DNA of 64,000 nt from Felis catus. Taxonomy: Eukaryota. The notes beneath the pieces are model-generated. The model did not search any database and was not told the DNA's origin. It was given only the letters and a program-made list of their open reading frames with translations. The position numbers and the translations under genes were made by a program. Location of the stretch: contig NC_058373.1 of NCBI RefSeq assembly GCF_018350175.1, positions 104,844,001-104,908,000 on the forward strand, read 5' to 3'. Below are positions 1 through 13,484 of this stretch, one piece after another. The first letter of the stretch is position 1. The number at the start of each line of letters is the position of its first letter.

Positions 1-174
1 ACTTCAGCTAAGGTCATGATCTTGTGGTTTGTGAGTTCCAGCCCTGTGCTGGGCTCTATGCTGACAGCTCAGAGCCTGGAGCCTGCTTCTGATTCTGTAT
101 CTCCCTCTCTCTCTGCCCCTCCCCTGTTCACTCTCTGTCCCTCAATAATAAATAAACGTTAAAAATTTTTCTTT
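1..174 (+). mobile_element. Can-SINE (partial, window edge) abutting or inserted in L1 ORF1
   Basis: ggtcatgatct...gagcctggagcctgcttc, CT-rich tract, aataaa tail. Confidence 0.9.
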
Positions 175-3100
175 TTAAAAAGAATTAGAGAAATCAGTGA
201 CTCACTAAAAAGGAACAACATCAGAATCATAGGGTTCCCAGAAGAGGAAGAGAGAGAAATAGGGGTAGAAGGGTTATGTGAGCAAATCATAGCAGAAAAC
301 TTTCCTAACCTGGGGAAAGACACAGACATCAAAATCCAGGAAGTGCAGAGGACCCCCATTACATTCATCAAAAACTGACCATCAACAAGGCATATCATAG
401 TCAAGTTCACAAAATACTCAGGCAAGGAGAGAATCATGAAAGTAGCAAGGGAAAAAAAGTCCTTAACCTACAAGGGAAGACAGATCAGGTTTGCATCAGA
501 CCTATCCACAGAAACTTGGCAGGCCAGAAAGGAGTGGCAGGATATATTCAGTGTGCTGAATCAGAAAAATATGCAGTCAAGAATTCTTTATCCAGCAAGG
601 CCATCATTCAAAATAGAAGGAGAAATAAAAATTTTCCCAAACAAAAATTAAAGGAGTTTGTGACCATTAAACCAGCCCTGCAAGAAATTTTAAGGGGGAC
701 TCTCTGAGGGGAGAAAAGATGAAAAAATACATACATACCAAAAGCAACAAAGACTAGAAAGGACCAGAGAACACCACCAGAAACTCCAACTCTACAAGCA
801 ACATAATCGCAATATATTCATATCTTTCAGTACTCACTCTAAATGTCAATGGCCTAACACTCCAATAAAAAGACATAGGCTAACAGAATGGAGAAGAAAA
901 CAAGATCCATCTATATGCTGTTTACAATGGACCCACTTTAGACCTAAAGACAGATTGAAAGTAAGGAGATGGAGAACCATCTACCATGCTAACGGTCAAC
1001 AAAAGAAAGTCAGAGTAGCCATACTTATATCAGACAATCTAGACTTTAAAATAAAGACTGTATCAAGAGATGAAGAAGGGCAGTATATCATAATTAAGGG
1101 GTCTATCCACCAAGAAGACATAACAATTGTAAACATTTATGTGCCAAATGTGAGAGCACCCAAATATATAAATCAATTAATCACAAACATAAAGAAACTC
1201 ATCAATAGTAATACCATAATAGTAGGGAACTTCAACACCCCACTCATAGCAATGGGCACATCATCTAATCCAAGTATCAACAAAGAAACAATGGCTTTGA
1301 ATGACACACTGGGCCAGATGGACTTAACAGATATATTCAGAACATTTCATCCTAAAGCAGCGGAATATACGTTCTTCTCCAGTGCACATGGAACGTTCTC
1401 CAGAATAGACCACATACTGGGACACAAATCAGCCCTCAAAAAGTACAAAAAGATCAAGATCATACCGTGCATATTTTCAGACCACAATGCTATGAAACTC
1501 GAAATCAACCACAAGAAACAATTCGGAAAGGTAACAAATACTTGGGTACTAAAGAACATCCTACTAAAGAATAAATGGGTTAACCAAGAAGTTAAAGAGG
1601 AAATTAAAAAGCTCATGGAACCAATTAAAATGATAATACCACAACCCAAAACCTCTGGGACGCAGGAAAGGTGGTCATAAGAGGAAAGTATATGGCAATT
1701 CAGGCCTTCCTAAAGAAGGAAGAAAGATCTCAGATATACAACCTAACCTTATGCCTTAAGAAGCTGGAAAAAGAACAGCAAATAAAACCCCAAAACCAGC
1801 AGAAGACAGGAAAATAATAAAGATTAAAGCAGAAATTAATGCTATTGAAACCAAAAAAACACAGTAGAACAGATCAATGAAACCAGAAGCTAGTTCTTTA
1901 AAAGAATTAACAAAATTGATAAACCACTAGCCAGTCTGATCAAAAAGAAAAAGGAAAGGACCCAAATAAATAAACTCAAGAATGAAAGAGGAGAGATCAC
2001 AACCAACACAGCAGAAATAAAAACAATAATAAGAGAATATTATGAGCAATTATATGCCAATAAAATGGGCAATCTGGAAGAAATGGACAAATTCCTAGTC
2101 ACATATACACTACCAAAACTGAAACAGGAAGAAATAGAAAACTTGAACAGACCCATAACCAGTAAAGAAATCCAATTAGTAATCAAAATCTCCCAAAAAA
2201 CAAGAGTCCAGGGCCAGATGGTTCCAGGGGAATTCTACCAACCATTTAAGGAAGAGTTAACACCTATTCTCTTGAAGCTGCTCCAAAAAACAGAAATGGA
2301 AGGAAAACTTCCAAACTCTTTCTATGAAGCCAGCATTACCTTGATTCCAAAACCAGACAGAGACCCCACTAAAAAGGAGAACTATAGACGAATTTCCCTG
2401 ATGAACATGGATGCAAAACTCCTCAACAAGATATTAGCCAACTGGATCCAACAACACATTAGAAAAATTATTCACCATGACCAAGTGGGATTTATACCTG
2501 GGATGCAGGGCTGGTTCAATATCCACAAAACAATCAATGTCATTCATCACATCAATAAAAGAAAGGACAAGAAATATATGATCCTCTTAATAGATGCAGA
2601 GAAAGCATTTAACAAAATACAGCATCCTTTCTTGATAAAAATCCTTAAGGAAGTAGAGATAGAAAGATCATACCTCAAGATCATAAAAGCCATATACGAA
2701 AGACCCAACACTAATATCATCCTCAATGGGGAAAAACTGAGAGCCTTCCCCCTTAGGTCAGGAACAAGACAGGGATGTCCACTCTCACCACTGTTATTCA
2801 ACATAGTATTGGAAGTCTTAGCCTCTGCAATCAGACAACACAAAGAAATAAAAGGCATCCAAATCAGCCAGGAGGAGGTCAAACTTTCACTCTTTGCAGA
2901 TGACATGATACTCTATATGGAAAACCCAAAAGATTCCACAAAAAAAACTGCTAGAACTGATTCATGAATTCAGCAAAGTGGCAGGATATAAAATCAATGC
3001 ACAGAAATTGGTTGCATTCCTATTCACCAACAATGAAGCAACATAAAGAGAAATCAAGGAATCTATCCCATTTACAATTGCACCAAAAATCATAAAATAC

Positions 3101-4846
3101 CGAGGAACATATCTAACCAAAGAGGTGAAAAATCTATACACTGAAAACTATAAAAGCTTATGAAAGAAGTTGAAGAAGACACAAAAAAAAATGGAAAAAG
3201 ATTCCATGCTCCTGGATAGGAAGAACAAATATTGTTAAAATGTCAATGCTACCCAAAGCAATCTACATATTCAATGCAATACCTATCAAAATAATACCAG
3301 CCTTCTTCACAGAGCTAGGACAATAATCCTAAAATTTGTATGGAACCAAAAAAGACCCCAAATAGCCAAAGCAATCTTGGAAAAGAAAACCAAAGCAGGA
3401 GGCATCACAATCCCAGACTTCAAGCTATACTACCAAGCTATAATCATCAAGACAGTATGGTACTGGCACAAGAACAGACACTCAGATCAATGGAACAGAA
3501 TAGAGAACCCAGAAATGGACCCACAAACGTATGGCCAACTAATCTTTGACAAAGCAGGGAAGAATATCCAATGCAAGAAAGACAGTCTCTTCAGCAAGTG
3601 GTGCTGGGAAAATTGGACAGCGACATGCAGAAGAATGAACCTGGACCACTTTCTTACACCAGACACAAAAAGAAACAAAATGGATGAAAGACCTCAATGT
3701 AAGACAGGAAGCCATCAAAATCTTCAAGGAGAAAGCAGGCAAAAACCTCTTTGATTTTGGCCTCAGCAACTTCTTACTCAACACGTGTCCGGAGGCAAGG
3801 GAAACAAAAGCAAAAATGAACTACTGGGACCTCATCAAAATAAAAAGCTTCTGCACAGCAAAGGAAACAATCAGCAAAACCAAAAGGCAACCGACAGAAT
3901 GGGAGAAGATATTTGCAAACGACATATCATATAAAGAATTAGTATCCAAAACCTATAAAGAATATCAAACTCAACACCCCCAAAAAATAAGCCAGTGAAG
4001 AAATGGGCAAGACACAGACACTTCTCCAAAGAAGACATCCAAATGGCCAACTGACACATGAAAAAATGCTCAACTTTACTCATCATCAGGGAAATACAAA
4101 TCAAAACCACAATGAGATACCACCTTACACCTGTCAGAATGGCTCACATTAACAACTCAGGCAACAACAGATGTTGGCGAGGATGTGGAGAAAGAGGATC
4201 TCTTTTCCACTGTTGGTGGGGATGCAAGCTGGTGCAGCCACTCTGGAAAACAGTATGGAGGTTCCTCAAAAAACTAAAAATAGAACTACCCTATGACCCA
4301 GAAATTGCACTACTAGGTATTTATCCAAGGGATGCAGGTATGCTGTTTCGAAGGGACACATGCACCCCAATGTTTATAGCAGCACTATCAATAGCCAAAA
4401 TATGGAAAGAGCCCAAATGTCTATTGATGGATGAATGGATAAAGAAGATGTGGTGTATATATATATACAATGGAGTATCACTCGGCAATCAGAAAGAATG
4501 AAAAAATCTTGCTATTTGCAACTACATGGATGGAACTACAAGGTATTATGCTAAGCGAAATTAGTAGAGAAAGACAAATATCATATGACTTCACTCATAT
4601 GAGGACTTTAAGACACAGAACAGATTAACATAAGGGAAGAGAAGCAAAAATAATATAAAAACAGGGAGGGGGACAAAAACATAAGAGACTCTTAAATATG
4701 GAGAACAAACAGAGGGTTAGTGGAGTGGTAGTGGGAGGGGGGATGGGCTAAATGGGTAAGGGGCATTAAGGAATCTACTTCTGAAATCATTGTTGCACTA
4801 GATGCTAATTTTGATATAAATTAAAAAAATAAAATTAAAAAAAAAA
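175..4846 (+). mobile_element. Long carnivore L1: 3' part of ORF1 (stop at 707), disrupted ORF2 (from ~804), 3' UTR and poly(A)
   Basis: ORF fragments with endonuclease (SRIDHILG, SDHN), RT (QGCPLSP, FADD) and Cys-rich motifs; several frameshifts and stops, so inactive. Confidence 0.96.
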
Positions 4847-5126
4847 GCAATTAGGTTTTGAGGAGGTCACAAGAGAGGAGCTCCCATGATGGGATTAGTG
4901 CCCCCCGTAAGAAAACAAGAGACATTAGAGCTCTCTCTCTTACCAGGAGAGGATACAGCAAGAAGGCAGCCATTTGCAAGCCAGAAAGAGGGTTCTCTCC
5001 AGAACGCAACCACACTGCCATCCACATCTTGGACCTCCCAGCCTCCAGAATTGTGAGAAATGAATGTTGCTGTTTAAGCCACCTGTCTATGGTATTTTGT
5101 CAGAGCAGGCCCAGTTGACAAAGACA
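4847..5126 (+). mobile_element. MaLR LTR 3' portion (MLT1A-like), apparently interrupted by the L1
   Basis: gggattagtgcc...cagcctccagaattgtgagaaa...tttaagccacc...tatggtattttgt...gaca motifs. Confidence 0.8.
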
Positions 5127-6328
5127 TTATCCTAAAGCCAACATTCACTGTGGGTCGATACAATAAAAATTGAATACTTTAAAAATTGAGGCAAAATCAT
5201 GGCTAAAGTGCCATATAGTTTCCACAGCATGAAAAATAACCAACAAAAGTGTTATTAGAGGTCTTTTTTTATGTTTCTGTTGTCAAGGATAATTATTTGC
5301 TAGAAGTGAGATTTCTGACATGAGTAGAGTCACCGGTGACCTCGGGTGCCTCCCTCATTGAGTTTGGGATGAATCCAGTGAGTTTTCCCTTGTAAAGCAC
5401 TGAGCAGAGCATTCATCCTACAGTAAGAACTCAATAAGTGTTCATGGTTTTATTATCACTGAGTAGAAATAAATGTGGATTTCACTAAAACTTTTTAAAT
5501 TCACATTTTATTTAAATAGCATAAAACTCACCTATTCAATAATACCCCCACAACTTTTAAAAAGACCCTCATTACTTATAATAGACAATAAGTAAGACCT
5601 TAATTCATTTATTTGCAAAGAAAATTTCCCAGCTGCTTTTGATGGACTCCTAGCCTTAAGCAGGAAGAGAAATGTGTCCTGAAGAGCATCGTCTTCCCAA
5701 TGAAAAGTCAGCCAAAGTTTGCCAAGTGCTTACTCCATTCTATTTTAATCTAGCAATACCTAATGAACAAGAATTCACTTTCATAACCAAAGAAAATATT
5801 ATTACAATAAAATTCATGGGGCATTATTGTGTGACTTATTTAATTTCATATCCTACTCTGTGCAAGAAATTTGGAGGGTATGGGCTAATGGAGACACTTG
5901 TAAAGGTCTTGGTCAAAGGGACCACCAGGCTCCATTAACTGTTTTTAAAGAGACCTAAAATTTTAGGAAGATGTGGAGGGGGAATGTGAAAAGCTGTGAT
6001 TTCTCTGTATAACTATGACACAGAGAAGAAAACAATGGACAGAACAGGGAACATTTGCCTATTTAAACTTAGCCAAGTGAAATCAAATACAGAAAATAGT
6101 GTGGGTTATAATAAATGCCACAAAAATACTAATTAAGTTCAAGAGGATTGAACTGAACCAATTCAGGTCACGTTAACCAATGTAGGTCATTACAGCAAGT
6201 GTATTCTTCCCCATTATTTCTCACACTACCACCTAGTATCCACACTCATGGTAATTCAGTCTTTCCGTCTAATCACAAAAGTTTACAACCTTTGCCTTGA
6301 CAGCAAAGACAGAGAGAGGCAGGTCTCA

Positions 6329-6525
6329 GGAGCCTGGGTGGCTCAGTCAGTTAACCATCCAACTTCCACTCAGGTCATGATCTCATGGTTTGTGAGTTCG
6401 AGCCCTACATCAGGGGCCCCATGTCAGCATGGAGCCCGCTTCGGATCCTCTGTCCCACTCTCTCTCTGCATCTCCCCTGCTAGTGCTCTCTCTTGCAAAA
6501 ATAAATAAACATTTTTAAAGAAAAA
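6329..6525 (+). mobile_element. Can-SINE
   Basis: gcctgggtggctcagtcagtt head, CT tract, A-rich tail. Confidence 0.9.
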
Positions 6526-7289
6526 GAGAGTGGGGGGGGGGAAGGTCTCTAATCCCTCAGAGCACAGGGATAGGACATTTGCCCATGGGCATTGTGTCTG
6601 AGGAGACTTTTCCCCTTTCAACTCTGGTATCATTTATATCATACGTAAGTGTCTTGAGGTAACTGGGCGGTCACAGACAATCAAATAGCAAGTAAATCTT
6701 AATAAGAAAAAAACAGCTTCTTCATTCAAATACAACCTCAGGATATTCACAAGCTCTTTTCTTTCCCTTTATTCCTTTTAAACAACCATGAAAAATTGTA
6801 GCTATGGGGAGGTAACAAGACAGCAAGTAAAATGATAATCCTGATTTTGTGTACAAATAAAAGCACGTATATAGAACATATCATAAATACACAGAGAAAA
6901 AGATTAGAAATACACAGACCAAAATGTTCACAATGGTTATTTCCAGGGAGTGAGACTGAGTAATAATTATATTCTTCTCATGCTTTTCTGCATTTCCTCA
7001 AACCTACATTGTTGCCCTGAGCCCTCCAGAATCCAGCCTTGTGTTGACATGGCAACCGTGGAAAACCTGCTTTATTTTTCATATGCTAAGGAAGATTAAC
7101 CACTTGATGATCAGCCATGACAACTGTCAAAAGTTCGCAGATACCACTCAGCGCTGGGAGATGGAGCCTGCATGGCTTCGTAGCCGCACACCCAAACCCT
7201 GACCTCATCCTCATGCAGAACAGCCTTGAGAGAAGCCTCCTGGATTTGTTTTCAAGAAAACAAGATCCTGGGGAGTGGGCTAGGTTGTT

Positions 7290-7571
7290 TGGGAAAATTG
7301 GAAGAAGGTGGTCAAAAGGTACAAACTTCCGGTCACAAGATAAATGAGTACACCATGACGATGTGGTGTACTTCAAAGTTGCTAAGAGAAGATCCTAGAA
7401 GTTCTCATCACAAGGAAGAAACATTTTTGTAACTATGTGAGGAGATAGCTGTTAGCCAAACTTCCTGTGCTAATCATGTCACAATACACATATGTCAAGT
7501 CATTACACGGTATACATCTTAAACTTACACAGAGCTGTATGCCAACTCTCTCAATAAAACTGAAAAAGAAA
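7290..7571 (+). mobile_element. Old L1 3' end (L1MA9/10-like)
   Basis: ggtcaaaaggtacaaacttcc...aaagttgctaagaga...ctcaataaaactgaaaaa. Confidence 0.75.
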
Positions 7572-8099
7572 TGAGAAAGTAATCCTATAGACATACAATG
7601 TATCAAGTTGGTTCTTACAAATAACAACAACAAAAAAAGAACCCCCAAAACCCCACAAGATCCAGAGCTTTGGTTCTCATCGAAAAAATAAGAAACTTAC
7701 CAGTCTTCTCAAAGCGAGAGAGGCAATCAGAGCTCAGATAGTAATTCATACCTGGGCTCAACCAAAGTCATATAATCATTTAACGGTATTTGGAGGGTTT
7801 TCGCCAGATGTTCCATTTACGTTTTATTAAATTTAAAGTTTTTCTTTGGAACCTACTATTAAGTTACAGAGAATGAACACACACTCACATACATTATGTA
7901 GAAAGTTAAAGTTGCCTACACATTTCTGGCAGACATGTAAGGGTTTTTTTGTTTGTATTTGTTTTTTTTCAGGTGAGCTGTGCTGGAATAACATAAAGTC
8001 AGTCCTTCAGAAGCCAGGACACTAGACTCCACAATATCTGGAGAGCCTCAAAAGTGTCATGACCCTGGTCAGCTTTAACCACTGTCTTTTCCCCCATCT

Positions 8100-8640
8100 G
8101 CACTTCTAGCCAACCCCTGAGTCCTGTTTCCCTGCCCTAAACCCCTCCCGGAACCATCCTTCCCTTCCATTCACTCCTGCAGCCTTGGTCCAGGCCACAG
8201 TCACCTCTCACCTGCATTGCTGCACCAGCCCCTGACTGGTGTCCCCGACTCTAACTTTGCCAATCCATGAACTCAGCCCTGATCTTAACACTTCTCAGCA
8301 CAAGATCTTTCCATGACATCTGGGAATGCCCTCAAAATGAAGTCCTAATTCCTTGACATGACCTAGCAGACTCTTTAGGATCAGCCACCTATTTCTCATT
8401 GCCATTTTCCACCCCCGACCCCAACCCCGACCCTCACCTCCCTAGTATATCCAGCACTCCAGCCATACTAACTCCTTGATCTCTCCCTGCTGAATTTTCC
8501 ATGATCTCTCACTGCTGGCTTCTGCACAAGAGGTTCCCCTGGCTGGAAGACCCATCCCATCCCCCTCTTCACCTGACTAACCCTGACTCATCCCTCTGGT
8601 TTCAGGTTTGATGCTACCAGCTCTGGAGAAACATCCCCAA
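8100..8640 (+). mobile_element. L2 fragment
   Basis: Degenerate pyrimidine-rich L2 3' region (caggccac...tctcacctg...cctgactggt). Confidence 0.6.
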
Positions 8641-9490
8641 TCTTGGCAGGGTTAGATGCTCCTTTTTTGGGGGGGTCCCATCCTGCCCCTGTGATAAAAT
8701 GGCCCATTTACTCAATCTCTAACCACCCTCTGTCCCTTGACTTTTGGGATTTGATTTGTCCAACTACAGAACCATTTCAGATTTCCTCTCCTTATCTCTT
8801 ACACACAGAAGCAAATGAGAGAAACTGATCATTGGAGATTTTGTGCCAAAATTCTTTTTTGGAAGAGAAAGGCTTGAAGCATCTTGTATCCAAACATCTT
8901 CCTTTTTTTTGGAAGACTGGATTTATACTTTCCTAAGTGTATATTTTGGTCTGTTTGATCATGAAGACCCCTGAAAGTACACAAACTCTGTGAGGCATAA
9001 AATTGGAGAAATGTTTCAAATGCTATTGGTTCCATCCTTTCTTACACTGTGAATTAGGAAGAAAACATGGAGATGTACAGTACATTGGTTAATATAAACC
9101 CCAGTGTCCTAACCTGATACCAGGTTCAGTCTTTTAAGACCAGAGCAAGTGACCTCCCAGCCCCAGAGGTAATAAAAGAAGCCAAGTGAGCACCCATTCG
9201 CCTTCCATTCTGTTTGTACTCTGTTCCCATATCTATAAGCACTGAAGGGAAAAATTGGATTTTTCTCCCAGTAGTTAATTCTCCTCAGTTCCTCCATCGT
9301 TATCCCAGAAAAGGTTACACCTCTCAACAAAATCAGTGTTAAACTTCAGATCTGGAGACTGCTGCCTTAGGGTAAGAATGTATACTAGTCCATATTACAA
9401 ATTATTAATGGTTATTATTTGTATTATTGTTCCTGTTGCTTCTTGAGAATGGAAAGTAAGACCTTTGCTTCACTAAATGGAAGATTTGAG

Positions 9491-9494
<4 letters not shown>

Positions 9495-9532
<38 letters not shown>
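9495..9532. repeat. (TG)n microsatellite
   Basis: Direct. Confidence 0.98.
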
Positions 9533-9536
<4 letters not shown>

Positions 9537-11289
9537 ACCCCAATATTGTTTTCTGTATTTAGGCATACTAGAAGAGAGGAGTATAGGATTTGTTTCTTTG
9601 CACTTTGGCTGCTGTTATCTAGAGGAAATTTCTTTCTTTTTTCTTTCTTTCTTCCTCCTTTCTTTCCTCTCCTTTATCCTATATACACATAATAATTTAA
9701 GCTAATTAACAGCGAGTTAGATGTATCAATTACCCAAAATAGGGTAATCCCAATGCATTTGTATAGCTAACAGTGGCTTACAAAATAAATGCAGATTATT
9801 TCTGCTGAATGTAGAACTTAAGCGACAGAATTATGTTTCCAGCTATTTTTGACTGCCAAAATTGGTAATTATGGAGTAAATAGATCCCAAAAAGGTCTGT
9901 GTCCTATGGGGGATGCTAAACATACAAATAAGGGGCTTTTATTTGGTCAACACCATTATTTTGCTTTCCAATTGTTTCCTATTCCTATAGATTTATATAC
10001 AGTTATTTGAACTTTGTTTAATTAAGAAAGATATTTAACTGAGATTACTTAAAGTAACCAAGCTCCTTTTGTCTCCTCATTGATCTTGGGTTTCAATTCC
10101 CTCCCACTCACGTCCTTTCTACCTAGTGTAGGATAATTTTCTTTGATGGAAACGATGGAAGCAAATTTAGATTTATAGCGCCTTCCCCTGCCAATGGCCT
10201 AACTCACTTGCCTTTTTCTCCTTACTTGCCTGTATCATTTTTCCAAGCATCGGTCCATTCGATGGAGCTTTGGCCTCCTCTAGCACATTCCAGTGTTTTG
10301 TGCCATGTTTACGTTTCCAATGCATCGTGACTTTTCTTGCATCTTCTTCTACCCACACTTCTTTCCTTGTCACCATGCATTCACGTACCCTTAAAAGTAG
10401 AGATTTCTTTCACAGATTTCCCTGTAATCATAACAAAGCCTACCTTGCCAAAAGGGCACATAGCTATAAACTTCAGCCACATGATATATCGTATTCCCAA
10501 AAGCTACTTTTTTGGCAGCTGGTAGAAACATTGATTATTCATATCCACCGAAATTGGATATTTCACTTGGACTTCCACATGAAAGAGATATCTGGAGGAA
10601 CGTGGAGAAAAGCACCAGGCATTCGGAATGTTCTATATGGCTCTATATTATTTTCTGATGTCTCTGTAGCATTTGACTTTTAAGTCTTAGCTTTAAAAAA
10701 ATAATAATAATGAAATAAAGAATCGGCTGTGACTGACCAAGCTAAAACTACTTTCAATATGTCCTAAAACTGTGCTTTAACAATTTCCCCACAACATTAT
10801 TGACCTAGGTAAGAGATACAGGTACTTTAAGAAAATGTTTCTGGAAGACTGTATCTGAGGCAGTTTATGAGCTGAAGCCAGGGCTAAAGCATTGCTAAGG
10901 GAATCTGTTTCCCTGGGATACTAATTAACTCCAAATATTGCATATAAATTAAACTAGCAGCTACTGAAAGAAGCAGCTAATGGGCGAGGAAAATCTGAAG
11001 AGGTGTAAAAGAAAAGTACGACCTTCTGATTAGAGAAAAAGACAACAGCAACATATGAGGAGACCTTTTCTCTCTGACCCATCATTCTATTCGTTCTAGA
11101 AGCTTCTACCCTTTTCTCTTTCCTTTTGTTTTCCATTCTCCACAACGGCAGGTGTGATTTATTGGATAGCTGACTAGGGCGTTTCTTCCCCATGGGACCT
11201 GCTCTCCCTCATCTCTTTACTAAGGAAGCTGTTCTCTGGATAGATGCCCTCCTAACTCTATTCTCTAACTTGCCTGGGTACAAGAGTCC

Positions 11290-11403
11290 CAAACTCCTCC
11301 CCTGGAGATACTGATTCAATGGGTCTGGGGCAGGGCCTGGGAATCTGTTGTGTTGAACACATCTCCCAGGTGATTCCTAGGAGCCAGAGTTTGGGAAACA
11401 CTG
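11290..11403. mobile_element. MER5-like hAT-Charlie fragment
   Basis: ctgattcaatgggtctgggg...gggcctgggaatctg...ccaggtgattc...gtttgggaaacactg. Confidence 0.7.
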
Positions 11404-12738
11404 CCTCTCCCTCTGAGAATAAGATACAATCCCTGCCCCTGCAGTGGGACAGCTGCAGTTCTGAGAAGATGAATACAGCTCAGAGGGGAAGGTGTTAGTA
11501 ACTGAAGCTTGCAGCTATCACGCACTCCCCACCAGACAGCTTTATTTATTTTGCTGCTAAATGTTTTAAGGTTCGTTGTTAGAATAAAGATTTGCCTTTT
11601 TATTTTTAATGTGCATATATGAGCATATCAATCACTTAGGTTAGGTAAACCTATCAGTGCCTGATTTACTACTTTTAATCTGGACTATAGTATAACCACA
11701 AGCCAGCACCCCCTCTGGTGGCAACACCCCAATCTCGGCTTTTGTTTAGAACAAGGCAACCTTTTCTGAAAATTCTGATAAACAACCTCTCAATAATTTC
11801 AGCTAACTACTCAACATCATTGTGCCACAGCCACTGACAGTGAGGAAAGTGGCCAAGATAAGCATAGCAGTTGAGCCATCTACAGAACCTTCCACACAAC
11901 CCAGGTGGTGAAATGGGTTCATACAGAAATCTACTGTGATCTAAGTCATCTTTAACAGTCACCTTCCCAAAAAAAGGCCTGCAGAGACATTTCTGCTTAG
12001 CCTAAATGCACATACATATCATCCCCATGGCCTTCTGGAAAAAAATGAAAATATGTGTCTGTTATTTGTGACCTTATTATTCTACAGTTTGAAAGTTCAA
12101 CCTATTAGCCATGGTCTAGTGAAAACTACAGATTAAGAGTAGCCTGAGGCATTGATAGCCATTAGCATTGCCCAGGTATTGCTGAATGAAATGGTTTATT
12201 GTGTGTTCACTATAAATAGCTTGTTAAGAAAACAATCATGCCCATCCTCCTCCTAACCTTAGAAACCGTTACAGCAAGGGGCTGCTCTTAGAATAGACAA
12301 ACATACCCTATGCAGTATCAGGATGTCTCTGCTCTTGAAATTACAAATTACTTATGAGTGTCATGACGCTGAATTTTATTTTTAAAACCCGACTTTGAGC
12401 TTATTTGTCAATTGTTAACCTCTAACTGTATTTGAGCTTCTCATTTTCTTGACCAACTTCACACATTTGCTTACATCTCTTGGCAAAAAAAAAAAAAAAA
12501 AGAAAGAAATTATTTGATGAAAAATTCTTGCATGCTAGCTATCATTCAACAATGGATTCTAGAAAGTTTTTTCTATTAGTTCTCTATAGGTGATAGTAAA
12601 TCTATGCGGTTGTAAAAGAAATAGCTGAGGTGGGAGAGGAAGAGACCGTGTGTGAATAAGAGGGAAGTTAGTAAGGCATTGTTCATTTCACAAAGACAGA
12701 AATTCATGTGAAATGTTCCTTGGCCAACCAACTACATA

Positions 12739-13281
12739 CAGCTGACCCCTGAACAACACAGGGGTTCACAGTGCCAACCCCCCGGCTGCACAGTTGAAAA
12801 TCTAACTGTGTGCCTGGGTGGCTCAGTGGGTTGAGTGTTGGACTTAGACTCAGGTCATGATCTTGCGGTTCATGGGTTCGAGCCCCACATCAGGTTCTGT
12901 GCTGACAGCTCAGAGCCTGCTTGTGATTCTCTCTCCCTTCTCTCTGCCCCTCCTCCACTTGCTTTCTGTTTCTCTCTCTCAAAATTAAACATTAAAAAAA
13001 TTTTTTTAAAGGAAAATCTAAGTATAACTTTTGACTCCCCAAAAACCTTACTAACAGCCTACTATTGATGAGAAGCCTTAGTGATAACATAAACAGCTAA
13101 CTAACATATAATTTGCATATTATATGCTTTACATACTGTGTTCTTACAATCAGTAAGCTATAGAAAAGAAAATGTTAAGAAAATCGTAAGAAAAAGAAAA
13201 TACATTTATAGTACTGTATTGAAAAATCCACGTACAAGTGGACCCGTGCAGTTCAATCCCATGTTGTTCAAGGGTCTCCTG
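12739..13281. mobile_element. Tigger2a-like non-autonomous DNA transposon with a nested Can-SINE
   Basis: TIRs cagctgacccctgaacaaca / tgttgttcaagggtctcctg, flanked by TA on both sides (12737-38, 13282-83). Confidence 0.85.
12806..13011 (+). mobile_element. Can-SINE inside Tigger
   Basis: TSD gaaaatctaa at 12796-12805 and 13012-13021. Confidence 0.92.
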
Positions 13282-13300
13282 TATTTCCTTAGAATCTTGG

Positions 13301-13484
13301 TTTTTAAAGGACTCTGAAACGCCACTGCTTCCTGTTTTAAAGGACTTCCGGTTTTAAAGGACTCTGAAACGTCACTGCTTCCTGTTTTAAAGGACTTCCG
13401 GTTTTAAAGGACTCTGAAACGTCACTGCTTCCTGTTTTAAAGGACTTCCGGTTTTAAAGGACTCTGAAACGTCACTGCTTCCTG
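13301..13484. repeat. 50-bp minisatellite, ~3.7 near-identical copies
   Basis: actctgaaac recurs at 13311, 13361, 13411 and 13461. Confidence 0.97.

Noticed and set aside
804..4620. Active L1 or domesticated reverse transcriptase gene
   Set aside because: ORF1 and ORF2 are broken by several frameshifts and stops.
13301..13484. CRISPR-like appearance (GTTTTA-starting repeats at regular spacing)
   Set aside because: The intervening sequences are identical rather than unique spacers; no cas genes; mammalian context.
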